Shown: positions 1 to 9,989, counted from the first letter of the stretch. The stretch is DNA of 64,000 nucleotides from Gammaproteobacteria bacterium (GCA_045107005.1 JBGCFP010000003.1:4164-68163); one strand, 5' to 3'. Translations and numbers: made by a program. The notes: generated by a model not told the origin, from the sequence alone.

Positions 1-115
1 GCGTTTACGGCCGCGCTCGAGCTTGTTTTGAGCGGCGCGACCCAGCCCAACGGCTATACCGAGCCACTGTTGCACGCGTTCCGCAAAAAAAGGAAAGCGC
101 AACCATCTTGAGCCG

Positions 116-493
116 CTAGCCGACTTCGTAAGTCGTGATTTCCAGCTCGTTGCCGAACGGATCGTTAAAGTACATCGAGTGGCACAAGCCGTGGTCGCTC
201 TGGCGAAGCGAAATGTCGACCGTGGCCAGATGCGCTTTCCACGCGACGTATTCCTGACGACTGGCGCCGAAAGCCAGTGACACCGGCTTAGGTTTGACGG
301 AACGAAACAACGCGAAGTGAATCGTGTTGCTGGCGTTGGCGATGGTCAGCGGACCACCCTCTGGTGTCGCCCAGAACGCGAATTCCTCCATTACCTTGAA
401 CCCCAGTTTGTCCCGATACCAATCTGCTGCCGCGACGCGGCTGGTAACGTAAACATGCACGTGGTCGATGGCGCCGCTCAAGTCAGGGGTCAT
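116..493 (-). CDS. VOC family protein (glyoxalase/bleomycin-resistance/dioxygenase fold)
   Basis: 125-aa ORF with the HVHVYV ... DPFGNELE pattern typical of the VOC fold. 4-nt ATGA overlap with the upstream VOC gene implies co-transcription. Confidence 0.75.
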   Translation of the reverse strand: MTPDLSGAIDHVHVYVTSRVAAADWYRDKLGFKVMEEFAFWATPEGGPLTIANASNTIHFALFRSVKPKPVSLAFGASRQEYVAWKAHLATVDISLRQSDHGLCHSMYFNDPFGNELEITTYEVG

Positions 494-885
494 GTCTTCT
501 CTCCCGCATAGCTCAGGACTTCGAATTCGATATTGTCGTCGTCGCGAAAATAGAAGCGGCGTCCGGGCTCGTAGTCACCGTGGTTAAACGTTTTGTACCC
601 GGCGGCAAGAACGCGTTGCTCCACCGCATTCAGATCGTCGACGTGAACGCCAAGATGGTTCAGCCCGCCGATTTGCTCGTAGCTAACTTGTTTTGGCGCA
701 CGCAGTTTTGGCATCGAATAGACCGCCAGATACTGTTCCGGCGTGCCCACGTGTACCGAGCGACCGCCGTGAATGGATGAGCCCTCCCAGCGTATCTGCC
801 AGTCGAAAAGTTGGCACAGCATGGCCGCCGTTTTGTCCGGGTCCTGCACGGTGACGTTGACGTGCTCGAGTGTCGTGGTGGTCAT
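490..885 (-). CDS. VOC family protein (glyoxalase-like), first gene of the SoxR-box-controlled pair
   Basis: LEHVNVTV ... HLGVHVDD ... FYFRDDDNIEFE VOC-fold pattern. I chose the ATG at 885 (MTTTTLEH) because AAGGAG lies 6 nt upstream. The ORF-track start at 915 would overlap the -10 element. Confidence 0.75.
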   Translation of the reverse strand: MTTTTLEHVNVTVQDPDKTAAMLCQLFDWQIRWEGSSIHGGRSVHVGTPEQYLAVYSMPKLRAPKQVSYEQIGGLNHLGVHVDDLNAVEQRVLAAGYKTFNHGDYEPGRRFYFRDDDNIEFEVLSYAGEKT

Positions 886-915
886 CGGTTTCTCCTTGAT
901 CTGTATCTGTGGCAC

Positions 916-946
916 AGTCTAGAACCTCAACTTAAGTTGAGGTCAA
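916..946 (-). promoter_or_regulatory. MerR/SoxR-type promoter: -35 TTGACC, 19-bp spacer, -10 TAGACT (read on the minus strand)
   Basis: Minus strand reads TTGACC-TCAACTTAAGTTGAGGTTC-TAGACT. The over-long 19-bp spacer containing the palindrome is the architecture of the E. coli soxS promoter. Confidence 0.7.
924..943. promoter_or_regulatory. SoxR box, perfect 20-bp palindrome ACCTCAACTTAAGTTGAGGT
   Basis: Perfect inverted repeat read directly from the DNA. It closely resembles the CCTCAAGTTAACTTGAGG SoxR operator and lies between the divergent soxR and VOC genes. Confidence 0.8.
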
Positions 947-969
947 GGGTTATATGGGGGATCACGATC

Positions 970-1467
970 ATGCGCTTATCCGAGGATTTACCGATCGCTA
1001 CGTTGGTTCGGCGCACGGGCCTGTCCGTGTCGGCCATTCGGTTCTACGAGTCGCGAGGTCTGGTGACGGCGGACCGCAATGCGGGCGGCCAGCGGCGTTT
1101 TGACAAAAGCGATATTCGAAAGTTGTCGTTTGTCATGATCGCTCAGCAACTGGGGTTCTCCATCGAGCAAATTGGCCAACAGTTGACGGGTCTGCCGCGC
1201 GGGCGGGCGCCAACTCAGCGAGACTGGACACGTATCAGTCGACAGTTTCGACAGGATCTGGACGCGCGAATCGCTGCGTTGAGCACTTTGCGAGATCGTC
1301 TGGACGGGTGTATCGGTTGCGGATGTTTGTCGCTGAAAAAATGCGCGCTGTACAATCCCGCCGATCGCGCTGCGAGCCGCGGTGCTGGTCCGCGGTATTT
1401 GTTGGGTGACAGTGCCGAAAAGCTGCCGGCATCACCGGTTAGATTTGGTCTCAAAAGTCAGGATTGA
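970..1467 (+). CDS. soxR: Redox-sensitive transcriptional activator SoxR (MerR family, [2Fe-2S])
   Basis: MerR wHTH (LSVSAIRFYESRGLV) plus the C-terminal CIGCGCLSLKKC motif (C-x2-C-x-C-x5-C). I chose the ATG at 970. The ORF-track extension from 811 runs through the divergent promoter. Confidence 0.9.
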   Translation: MRLSEDLPIATLVRRTGLSVSAIRFYESRGLVTADRNAGGQRRFDKSDIRKLSFVMIAQQLGFSIEQIGQQLTGLPRGRAPTQRDWTRISRQFRQDLDARIAALSTLRDRLDGCIGCGCLSLKKCALYNPADRAASRGAGPRYLLGDSAEKLPASPVRFGLKSQD

Positions 1468-1584
1468 AAACCAAAGCGCCCCGCTGACCCGTTAGGCGAA
1501 AACGTTTGTGCCATACTCTGTGATCGCCTCAAGTTAGCGTGGCCGCCGCGCCGCGCAAAGGTATTTGTCAGGAAAGGATCCGAC

Positions 1585-4500
1585 ATGAAGAAAGCGTTGA
1601 TTCTGACAGCATCGCTCGTGCTCATGGCCTGGCCGCTTGGCGTGTCCGCCATCAATGACGGTGGGAAGGCTAAGGACGGGTTGCTCAGTTACTTTGAACC
1701 CAACCTTGGGCAATTGAGTGCCGATTACACACACGTTGTGCGGGCTGATCGATACAGCGCGCTGCTGAACGCCGATCGGGCGAGATTTTTGATTGGCGCT
1801 GCCGCAGGACAAAACGCTGCCGTTGACGGCGAGCCCCTCGAGAGTCAACGCGTTACGGCAACGGTTGCCACCGCCGTACAGATGCGACTGGTGGGGGCAA
1901 ACGCTACCGATCCAGGCACTGCGGACGGTCTGCTGGACGGTCACAGCAACTATTTGTTTGGCACGGATGCGAAACGCTGGTTGAGTAACGTGCCGCATTA
2001 TTCAAGGCTTCAGTTTGCCGAAGTCTATCCCGGCATTGACGTCATTTACACATTGGAAGGATCGGCGCTGCGCTACGACTTTGTGCTGGCACCGCGGGCC
2101 GATGCCAACGACATTCGACTGCGTTTTGACGGAGCCGAGGGCGTCGAGCTCGATCAGCGTGGTGACCTCGTGGTCCGGGTGGGTGGCGTAGAGATGATTC
2201 ACAGCGCGCCCAAGCTGTTTCAGAACGTCGACGGTGCACAGCAAGATGTGGCAGGGGGATTCGCCGTTCAGGAAGATGGTTCGCTGCAGTTTCGCGTTGC
2301 CGAACATGACGCGGATACAGCGCTGGTGATTGATCCGCAGGTCACGCTGTCGACCTACCTGGGCGGTAGCGGCCCGGACCGTGTTCAGGATATCGCCGTT
2401 GACGCCAGCGGGCGCATGGTCGTCACCGGCTCAACCGGCTCGCTGGATTTTCCGATCGCGACGCCCATTGGGTCTACGCCATCTGGCGGCACCGACATCT
2501 TTGTCGCCCGGTTTGCACCCGACGGCCAAAGCCTCGAGTTCGCGACCTATGTCGGCGGTACGGGAGCCGACAATCCGCACCAGGTTGCGATCGACGCGGC
2601 GGGTAACATCCTGCTGGCGGGTTACACATCGTCACCGGACTTTCCCACCATGAATGCCGTGCAACCGGGTTTTCTTGGTGGTGGCCTCGTCGATAGCGAC
2701 GCCTTCGTTGCGAAGCTGGACCCAACCGGGGCCAGCCTGGTTTATTCAACCTATCTCGGTGGCACCGGACCGGTCGATCCTTTTTTTGGCTTTGAGTGGA
2801 TTCGCGGATTGACGGTTGATGCAGCCGGCAACGCTTTCGTCGTGGGCGAAACCTCATCGTTTGATTTTCCGGCAACCGATTCAGTCGGCGGGCGCGCCTG
2901 CCTGGAGGGCGAAGCGGGCGCAGTGAGCGTGTTGATTGGCGACGCGTTTGTGGCCAAATTTTCACCGAGCGGCGCGCTCGAGTTTGCCGCTTGCGTGGGT
3001 GGTTCCGAGCGCGACACTGGCCGCGGCATTGATCTTGCCGTCGACGGCGCGATTCACATCGTGGGCTTTACCCGTTCGTCTGACTATCCGGTCTCCGCGG
3101 GTGCGTTTCAAACGACGCTGGCCGAGCCGGGTTCCGGTCTCTATGACGTGCACGTGACGCGGTTGGACCCCAGCGGTGTGAACATAGACTGGGCCAGTCT
3201 TGTCGGTGGCACAGATAACGAATTTGCTCAACAGTTGCGCGTTACAGCCGACAGCTCAAGCGTCGTTATCGGTTCGTCCTCCTCGGATGATTTTCCGACC
3301 TCTGCCGGCGCTTATCAACCGAACAGAGCGGCCATCGCCGCAGACGGTATCTCTGACTCGATTGTGTTTCGTTTGGGAGCAGGGGGTTCGACCTTGTCTT
3401 TTGGCACGTATTTGGGCGGTACTGGCCAGGAGTTTGGGTGGGGGCTTGACCTCGACGAAAACGAACGGATCTATGTGTCGTCCACCACCGAATCGCTGGA
3501 CTTCCCGCTGGTCGTCCCGACGCAAAGCGTTCGCGGCGGTCCTCTCAGCGTGCTCGGTCGCATCGGGCCGGACACCGATGACACGCGCGACATGGCAGGC
3601 GGACAAGTGACCATCAACGGCGAAGTGCGCAGAGTGCTGGTCGCTGCTAACGCGGGTCAAAGCCGCGTGTACGAATTGGATGACCGTAATGTGGTGCAGT
3701 CCGTGTCGGATATTGGTGCGCCAGGCGACGACACGGTCGCCGTAGTGGGTTACGACTCGGATTTCGATCTGTTGGTAGACGCGTTTGTTCTGATCAATCA
3801 GGCTGCACCATCCCGTGCCTACTTCACGGACGGTTTGGGTGGTCTTTTGCCGCCCGTCGATTTGACGCTTCCCGGGAGTACAGCCACAGCCGTGGCCACC
3901 GGTCGGCTGGTGGGTCTGCTCGAAGACGACATTGTGATTGGCGGCAATCTGTCGGCTAGCGTGGTCTATCCAGGTAACGGCAGTGGTTTCGATCCCGGCC
4001 TGCAGATTTTGCCCGGTAGTGAAAATACAGCGACGTTGTCGCTGGCCGTTGGCGACCTGAATTTAGACGGTTTTGGAGACGTTGTAGAGGGCAACGCGGG
4101 CCGTAATCTTATCTACTTTGGCACCGGTAACGGTTTCCTCGCGAGCGTCGAACTTGGTACCGAAAGTGCGGAGAGCACGTCCATCGCCATTGCTGATGTG
4201 GATATGGATGGCGACCCTGATGTGGTAGTGGGCAACGATGGCGCGCCCAATCGCTTGTATCGCAATCTCGGTGACGGCACGTTTGCGTTCTTGCAAGATC
4301 TCGACGGCAACGTGGCCACGACTCAGGATTTGATCTTGACGAATCTCAACGGCGACGGCAGTAGCGACATCGTCACTGCCGATAATGGCGTCGGCGTTGC
4401 GTATGTGAACGACGGTACCGGGCAATTTACAGCGCTGCCGCTTGGGACTGAGCTGGCGCCGGCGACAGCTATCTTCGACACAGGGGCTTTCGGCGTTTTC

Positions 4501-5532
4501 CGCGCCACTGACGGCGAGGCCATTGAGTGGCTGGATCTTAGCACCGCGGACGCCTACCTCTCGGTACTTGATCCGTCAGGTCGAGAACTGTTGTTCTCGA
4601 CCTACGTTGGCGGGAGTGGCAGCGACAGATCAGAGTGGGGATTGTTCGTACAGGATTCGGCCAACATTTACCTCGCAGGATCCACGGCTGCGCCGGACTT
4701 TCCGACGGTTACGCCATTTCAGTCTGCCCGCTCGGGTAGTGATGACGCGTTCATCACGCGCTTCGCGCTTGATGATTTGACGAACCCGGGGCCAGCGGCC
4801 ATCTACGAGACCGTGCTCGATCTGACCGAGCCGGCCATTGACGGCATCACACAGGTCGTCTTCACCTGGTCGACGCTGGGCTGCGCAGAGAGTTCGGCTG
4901 AGGATCTATACGACTACGAAATGCGCCTCGTTGCCAACGGTGAGGTGATTTATGCGGATAGCGTCATTCGAGACGGCATCTTGCAGCCGTTCCGCGGATT
5001 GCAGCGCGCCAACCCGACGTGGGATTTCGATCTGGCGACGATGACTTTGCGCCAGTTCAATACCGGCATCGACACGTTGGTGGGCGTATCGGAAGCGTTC
5101 GGTACCAACTATCTGGTGTCAGACGCTGACAGTTTGCCAAGCGATGGTGTTGTGTCTATCTCACGTTTTGACGACGGTGTCTTTGTCAGCAATGCGGACG
5201 GCGAATTGGCCGCGCAGTCCACGTTGCTGGTGGCGGGGGACTGCGATGGCGACGGTGTGGACGCGTTGGAAGACAACTGCCTGAACGTGGCGAACGCCGA
5301 TCAGCGCGACACGAACGGCGACAACATTGGCAACGCCTGCGACGCGGATTTGAACGACGATTGCACCGTGAACGTGATTGATCTCGGGATTCTGCGCAAC
5401 GTGTTTTTCAGTAGCGATGCGGACGCCGATTTCAACGGTGACGGCGTGGTAAACGTTGGTGATCTTGGGATTTTGCGGTCAGGCTTTTTCGGTACCCCAG
5501 GGCCAAGTGGCATCGGCAACGCCTGTCAGTAA
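1585..5532 (+). CDS. Large secreted SBBP/FG-GAP beta-propeller repeat protein with a C-terminal TSP3 + dockerin-like module
   Basis: Signal peptide MKKALILTASLVLMAWPLGVSA. Many G-[ST]-x-S-x-DFP SBBP-type repeats. FG-GAP/VCBS-like DLNLDGFGD, DVDMDGDPD and NLNGDGSSD repeats. Conserved terminal module. Confidence 0.85.
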   Translation: MKKALILTASLVLMAWPLGVSAINDGGKAKDGLLSYFEPNLGQLSADYTHVVRADRYSALLNADRARFLIGAAAGQNAAVDGEPLESQRVTATVATAVQMRLVGANATDPGTADGLLDGHSNYLFGTDAKRWLSNVPHYSRLQFAEVYPGIDVIYTLEGSALRYDFVLAPRADANDIRLRFDGAEGVELDQRGDLVVRVGGVEMIHSAPKLFQNVDGAQQDVAGGFAVQEDGSLQFRVAEHDADTALVIDPQVTLSTYLGGSGPDRVQDIAVDASGRMVVTGSTGSLDFPIATPIGSTPSGGTDIFVARFAPDGQSLEFATYVGGTGADNPHQVAIDAAGNILLAGYTSSPDFPTMNAVQPGFLGGGLVDSDAFVAKLDPTGASLVYSTYLGGTGPVDPFFGFEWIRGLTVDAAGNAFVVGETSSFDFPATDSVGGRACLEGEAGAVSVLIGDAFVAKFSPSGALEFAACVGGSERDTGRGIDLAVDGAIHIVGFTRSSDYPVSAGAFQTTLAEPGSGLYDVHVTRLDPSGVNIDWASLVGGTDNEFAQQLRVTADSSSVVIGSSSSDDFPTSAGAYQPNRAAIAADGISDSIVFRLGAGGSTLSFGTYLGGTGQEFGWGLDLDENERIYVSSTTESLDFPLVVPTQSVRGGPLSVLGRIGPDTDDTRDMAGGQVTINGEVRRVLVAANAGQSRVYELDDRNVVQSVSDIGAPGDDTVAVVGYDSDFDLLVDAFVLINQAAPSRAYFTDGLGGLLPPVDLTLPGSTATAVATGRLVGLLEDDIVIGGNLSASVVYPGNGSGFDPGLQILPGSENTATLSLAVGDLNLDGFGDVVEGNAGRNLIYFGTGNGFLASVELGTESAESTSIAIADVDMDGDPDVVVGNDGAPNRLYRNLGDGTFAFLQDLDGNVATTQDLILTNLNGDGSSDIVTADNGVGVAYVNDGTGQFTALPLGTELAPATAIFDTGAFGVFRATDGEAIEWLDLSTADAYLSVLDPSGRELLFSTYVGGSGSDRSEWGLFVQDSANIYLAGSTAAPDFPTVTPFQSARSGSDDAFITRFALDDLTNPGPAAIYETVLDLTEPAIDGITQVVFTWSTLGCAESSAEDLYDYEMRLVANGEVIYADSVIRDGILQPFRGLQRANPTWDFDLATMTLRQFNTGIDTLVGVSEAFGTNYLVSDADSLPSDGVVSISRFDDGVFVSNADGELAAQSTLLVAGDCDGDGVDALEDNCLNVANADQRDTNGDNIGNACDADLNDDCTVNVIDLGILRNVFFSSDADADFNGDGVVNVGDLGILRSGFFGTPGPSGIGNACQ
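5239..5532 (+). repeat. TSP3 + dockerin-like Ca-binding module, copy 1 (C-terminal)
   Basis: DCDGDGVDALEDNC..GDNIGNACDADLNDDCTVNVIDLGILRNVFF..DADFNGDGVVNVGDLGILRSGFFGTPGPSGIGNACQ. Protein-level dispersed repeat shared with five other ORFs. Confidence 0.85.
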
Positions 5533-5543
5533 GTGCGCAACCG

Positions 5544-5566
5544 GGCCCGGTCGCCAAGACCGGGCC
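5544..5566 (+). terminator. Hairpin downstream of the 1585-5532 gene (possible terminator)
   Basis: GGCCCGGTC-gccaa-GACCGGGCC is a perfect 9-bp stem. No clear U-tract follows, so this is weak. Confidence 0.35.
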
Positions 5567-5685
5567 GAGACTCTTCAATGCAAACTTCGACCAATGGCCA
5601 GGGGAGCCTGGCCGCTCACTAAATCCGTTTGCGCTTGTCTGCCCGACGCTGGAAAAACAGCGTGAGTGGCAGACCGGTCAAGCCG

Positions 5686-6360
5686 CTAGGAAAGCGTCAT
5701 TTCATGCAGTCCACATTCCCGCTTAAGCCCAAAGAAGCGCGTTTGCTCGACGTCATCCACCTCGTGAATCGGCTTGGTCGTGTGCGTATCGCCGATTGAC
5801 AGATAACCCTGTTCATAAAGCGGGTGGTAGGGCAGGGCATGGCGCTTGAGATACCGGTAAATGTCCCGATCGGACCAGTCGGCGATAGGATGTATTTTGT
5901 AGCGCTTGTTGGCGCGCTGTACAAATGGTGTCTGTGCACGGCTGGCCGATTGACTGCGTCGCAGCCCGGCAAACCAGATGCCGGCATTGAGTTCATCGAG
6001 CGCGCGTCGCATGGGCTCCACCTTGGCAATGCGATTGTATTCGGTGATGCCCGCAAGGCCTCGCTCCCACTGCCGCCCGTGTCGGGCTTCGCGCCACGCG
6101 GCGCTGACGGCCGGCTCGTAAACGTGCAGATTGAGCTCTAAACGCTCGGTCAGTTCGTCGATGAATGCGTAGGTTTCCGGGAACAGATAGCCGGTGTCAA
6201 TCACAATAACCGGAATGTCCGGTTGCACCTGCGTGATCAAATGTAGTGACACCGCCGACTGCGCGCCAAAGCTGGAGCTAAGTACCGCCTTGCCTTGGAA
6301 ATTGGCCAGCGCGTATTCCACGCGGGCGGTGGCATTCAGGGCATCCAGATTGTGTTTCAT
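5686..6360 (-). CDS. cysH: Phosphoadenosine phosphosulfate (PAPS) reductase
   Basis: PAPS reductase fold with the C-terminal KRECGLHE motif. There is no CC...CxxC Fe-S tail, so it is PAPS-type rather than APS-type. 4-nt overlap with cysI. Confidence 0.9.
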   Translation of the reverse strand: MKHNLDALNATARVEYALANFQGKAVLSSSFGAQSAVSLHLITQVQPDIPVIVIDTGYLFPETYAFIDELTERLELNLHVYEPAVSAAWREARHGRQWERGLAGITEYNRIAKVEPMRRALDELNAGIWFAGLRRSQSASRAQTPFVQRANKRYKIHPIADWSDRDIYRYLKRHALPYHPLYEQGYLSIGDTHTTKPIHEVDDVEQTRFFGLKRECGLHEMTLS

Positions 6361-8009
6361 GACGGCATCCTTGTCAGGAAATCTCCAAACGCTTCGCCAG
6401 TCTGTCGATGACTCGCGTAGCGTGCCAGCAGTGGATCAAGATGTTGATCAATGGCATCAAGCGACAGGTTCTGCGCGACCAGCGTGTTCAGACGCGTGCC
6501 GAGCGCGTCGCCGCCCAGATGCAGGTTGTAGCGTCCGGGCGCCTTGCCGATCAGGCCAATCTCGGCGACGTAGGGCCGCGCGCAACCGTTGGGGCAGCCC
6601 GTGACACGTACGCTCAGAGGATCGTCTGCCAGCCCGTGTTTGGTCATCAACGCGTGGATGCGATCCACGATTTCAGGTAGACCGCGTTCGGCTTCCGCCA
6701 TGGCCAGCGAGCAGGTGGGCAATGCCACGCACGCCATCGCCGTTTGACCGATGGGCGGCAGGCGCCGCCACAGATCAATGCCGTGTTCACGTATGGCGGC
6801 GTCAACGGCATTGCGTTGCTGGTCGGTCAAATCCGCAATGATCAGATTCTGGTTTGCGGTGAGTCGGAACTCACCGACGTCAAGCTCGGCAATCGCACGT
6901 AAAGCGCTGAGAAAACGTTGCTCACCGCGATCCTCCAGTCTTCCCGATGGCACAAACAACGTCACGTGATGACGGCCGCTGTCGTCCCTGAACCATCCAA
7001 ACGGATCGCCGCGTCGATCAAACCGGATCGGCTTGGCGGTCGCCAGCGCCGTGCCCATACGCTCCGCGAGCAGGTTGACGAACCAGTCCACACCGCGGTC
7101 AGCGATGGTGTATTTCAACCGAGCGTGTTTTCGATTTGTGCGATCACCGAAGTCGCGCTGAATGCCAACCACGTGTTCGGCAACGCTCAGTACCTGATCC
7201 GGTGTGCAGAAACCGATCACGTCCGCCAGGCGGGGAGCCGTGCGGGCGTCGCCGTGCGTGGCACCCATGCCGCCGCCGACGCTCACGTTGAAGCCGATCA
7301 ATCGGCCCTCGTGTTCGACCGCGGTGTAACCCAGATCGTGGGCCAATACGTCCACGTCGTTGACCGGCGGAATCGCTACGGCAATCTTGAACTTGCGCGG
7401 CAGATAGGTCGGACCGTAGATCGGTTCGCGGTCCGGCGCTTCGAGCTTTTCGCCGTCGAGCCAGATCTCGTGATAGGCGCGGGTCTGTGGCGTCAACAGC
7501 GTGCTGATTTGCTGTGCCCAGTGCAGCGCGTCGCGGTGCACGATGGAGCGCTCCACCAACGGCGAGCACATCACGTTGCGATTGACGTCGCCGCACGCGG
7601 CAATCGTGTCCATCAGATTCTGGTTGATCGCCGCGATGGTGGGCTTGAGTTCTTCTTTAATCACGCCGTGCAGTTGGAACGCCTGGCGTGTGGTCAGACG
7701 TACCACGCTGCCGCCGTAGCGCTGCGCCAATGCGTCAATGCCAAGCCACTGCTGCGGCGTGCAGATGCCGCCGGGCACCCGCGCGCGGATCATGAAGCTG
7801 TACAGCGGCTCGAGTTTTTGTCGGGCCCGTTCGCCGCGCTGATCGCGGTCGTCCTGCTGGTAAAAGCCGTGGAATTTTGACAGCTGGGTATCGTCACTGG
7901 CGATGGCGCCTGACACAGGGTCGAGCAGACTTTTGTGCAACGAACCGCGCAGAAAATTGCTGCGCGCCTTGATGCCTTCAACCTCAGTGAGTGCGGTTTC
8001 GTCGGTCAT
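6357..8009 (-). CDS. cysI: Assimilatory sulfite reductase (NADPH) hemoprotein beta subunit
   Basis: Siroheme/4Fe-4S cysteine motifs MACVALPTC and TGCPNGCARP. Length and order within cysJ-cysI-cysH fit. Confidence 0.9.
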   Translation of the reverse strand: MTDETALTEVEGIKARSNFLRGSLHKSLLDPVSGAIASDDTQLSKFHGFYQQDDRDQRGERARQKLEPLYSFMIRARVPGGICTPQQWLGIDALAQRYGGSVVRLTTRQAFQLHGVIKEELKPTIAAINQNLMDTIAACGDVNRNVMCSPLVERSIVHRDALHWAQQISTLLTPQTRAYHEIWLDGEKLEAPDREPIYGPTYLPRKFKIAVAIPPVNDVDVLAHDLGYTAVEHEGRLIGFNVSVGGGMGATHGDARTAPRLADVIGFCTPDQVLSVAEHVVGIQRDFGDRTNRKHARLKYTIADRGVDWFVNLLAERMGTALATAKPIRFDRRGDPFGWFRDDSGRHHVTLFVPSGRLEDRGEQRFLSALRAIAELDVGEFRLTANQNLIIADLTDQQRNAVDAAIREHGIDLWRRLPPIGQTAMACVALPTCSLAMAEAERGLPEIVDRIHALMTKHGLADDPLSVRVTGCPNGCARPYVAEIGLIGKAPGRYNLHLGGDALGTRLNTLVAQNLSLDAIDQHLDPLLARYASHRQTGEAFGDFLTRMPS

Positions 8010-9787
8010 TAGTAGACGTCCTTTTGGTAGCGACTCGCGCGCTGCAAACCACGCAAATAGTCATCAGCCTGCTCTGGCGTTTTTCCGCCAATCCGCTGCA
8101 CGATCTGGCCCAGCGCGTCGTGGACATCGGGCGCCATGCGCGTTGCGTCACCGCACACGTAAACGTGGGCGCCGCGCTCCAGCCAGTCGTACACGTCGCG
8201 CGCGTTTTCCAGCAGGCGCTGCTGGACATAGATTTTTTCGGCCTGATCACGCGAAAAGGCCAGATCAATGCGATTCAGCGCACCGCTTTCGAGGTGTTGT
8301 TGCCACTCGGTTTGATAGAGAAAATCACGGCGAAACTCGCGATCGCCGAAGAACAACCAGTTGGCACCATCAGCGCCGAGCGCAGCGCGGTGCTCGACGA
8401 ACGCCCGAAACGGTGCGACGCCAGTGCCCGGGCCGATCATCAGGACTGGCGCACTGCCATCCTCAGGCAAACGAAAGTTGGGGTTCGCCTGGACGTAAAC
8501 GTCCACGTGCTCGCTCGCGCCAAGCAGTTCGGTCGACGCACTGCCAACGTGTGTGTGACCAAACTGTTCATAGTTAACGTGCGCGACGGTGAGATGGACT
8601 TCGTCCGGGCTGGCGAGCGGGCTGGAGGCAATGGAGTAGAGCCGCGGTGTCAATTTGCGCAAACCGTTAACCAGCGATTGCGCGTCGACGGGCCCGGGAT
8701 ACTCGCGGACAACGTCGACAATCTGATGCGAGTAAAAGAACGCCCGAGCCGCTTCGCCCGACAATTCCTGCAGTCGCGTCGCGAGGTCGTCGCGCCCGGC
8801 CGCTTTTGCATAGTGCTCGACAAAGCGACGATGGGAGGCGGAAATATCCAGCTGGACGGTCAGCGCATCACGCAGGGAAACAACGTCATCGCCAAGCGTG
8901 ACGTTTTGCTCCTGATCGAGTGCGGTGGCCGCCAGAACGGCGTCAACCATACGCGCTGGATTGTTTGTGACCACGCCAAGCGCGTCGCCGGGCTCGTAGT
9001 CCAGGCCCGATCCCTCCAGGTCAAGCTCAATGTGGTGAACGGTCTTGCTCGAACCGGTCGCGGTGATCCGCTGGTTGACGAGCACCGGCGCACGAAACGG
9101 GCGCGTGCGTGACACGTCGGTTTTCGGGACCGGTCGCAAGTGAGGCGTGGGCGTTGCGCTGTCGCCCGCTTGCTTGGACGCAAACGTCAGCACGGCGTCG
9201 CGCCATTTTTCCGCCGGATCGTCAAAGTCGAGGTCGCAATCGACACGCGGCGCAAAGCGTCGCGCGCCCAGTTGGGCCAGGCGTCCATCCAGTTCGACGC
9301 CGACCTGGCAGAAATCGTCGTAGCTTGAATCGCCCAGCGATAACACGGAGTACTGCAGGTGATCCAGCGCTGGCGCTCGGTCCGCGTTTAGCGCTTCGAA
9401 AAAGTCTTCACTGCCTTCAGGCGCGTCGCCCAGACCGTGCGTAGCCGCCACGAAGACGATCAGTTTTTCCTTCTTCAGCTGTTTGAGTTTTACCTGGCGC
9501 ACGTCGTACGCCTGCGCCCGCAAGCCACGCGATGCGGCGGCGCTGACTAACTCTTCGGCGACGCGGCGACTGTTGCCCGTCTCCGTCGCGTAGAACACTG
9601 ACAGCGGTGGATTATCGGCAGCGTTGTCCGGCGCAGGCAGCGCCGTTGCAGCAGCGGCCTGCCCGGCCAGATACCCGCTGGCCCACAGCAGCTCGTCGTG
9701 GTTCAGTCCTTTGGACACGCTCTGCAGTTGGTGAAAGGCGTCTTCGCCCAGCGCAAAATTTGTCAGGTCAGCAGCGGCACGGCTCAC
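8009..9787 (-). CDS. cysJ: Assimilatory sulfite reductase (NADPH) flavoprotein alpha subunit
   Basis: Flavodoxin-like segment (IVFVAATHGLGDAP). FAD/NADPH motifs RLYSIASS and MIGPGTGVAPFRAF. C-terminal YQKDVY. GTG start with GGAGA upstream. Confidence 0.9.
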   Translation of the reverse strand: MSRAAADLTNFALGEDAFHQLQSVSKGLNHDELLWASGYLAGQAAAATALPAPDNAADNPPLSVFYATETGNSRRVAEELVSAAASRGLRAQAYDVRQVKLKQLKKEKLIVFVAATHGLGDAPEGSEDFFEALNADRAPALDHLQYSVLSLGDSSYDDFCQVGVELDGRLAQLGARRFAPRVDCDLDFDDPAEKWRDAVLTFASKQAGDSATPTPHLRPVPKTDVSRTRPFRAPVLVNQRITATGSSKTVHHIELDLEGSGLDYEPGDALGVVTNNPARMVDAVLAATALDQEQNVTLGDDVVSLRDALTVQLDISASHRRFVEHYAKAAGRDDLATRLQELSGEAARAFFYSHQIVDVVREYPGPVDAQSLVNGLRKLTPRLYSIASSPLASPDEVHLTVAHVNYEQFGHTHVGSASTELLGASEHVDVYVQANPNFRLPEDGSAPVLMIGPGTGVAPFRAFVEHRAALGADGANWLFFGDREFRRDFLYQTEWQQHLESGALNRIDLAFSRDQAEKIYVQQRLLENARDVYDWLERGAHVYVCGDATRMAPDVHDALGQIVQRIGGKTPEQADDYLRGLQRASRYQKDVY

Positions 9788-9989
9788 AAGCGTCGTCTCC
9801 GAGAATTACGTCGAGTCCAGACGTTAACCAAGCGAGCGGCACACCTGAACGGTCGATTTCTTATGCGCCGATAACTCCTCGCTATATAGCCTGAAAAACC
9901 CGTGCTCGATTAGTGGGTTGCAGAGTACTCACTTCGACGCGGCATCCGGGCTACACTAACGGGCCGGAAACGGTGCGCAATGCTCAAGG

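Noticed and set aside
811-969. N-terminal extensions in the ORF track: soxR from 811, the VOC gene from 915, gpx from 15684, the PPC protein from 28069, cryB-like from 32956, phrB to 28175, the 38738 gene to 40765, the 43651 gene to 45279, and the 48303 gene from 48141.
   Set aside because: Internal starts have proper RBS spacing and give canonical N-termini or signal peptides. The extensions overlap promoters or neighbouring genes and are Arg-rich nonsense.
9788-9989. Possible CysB-type regulatory sites upstream of cysJIH.
   Set aside because: CysB sites are degenerate and I could not identify a supportable motif by eye.
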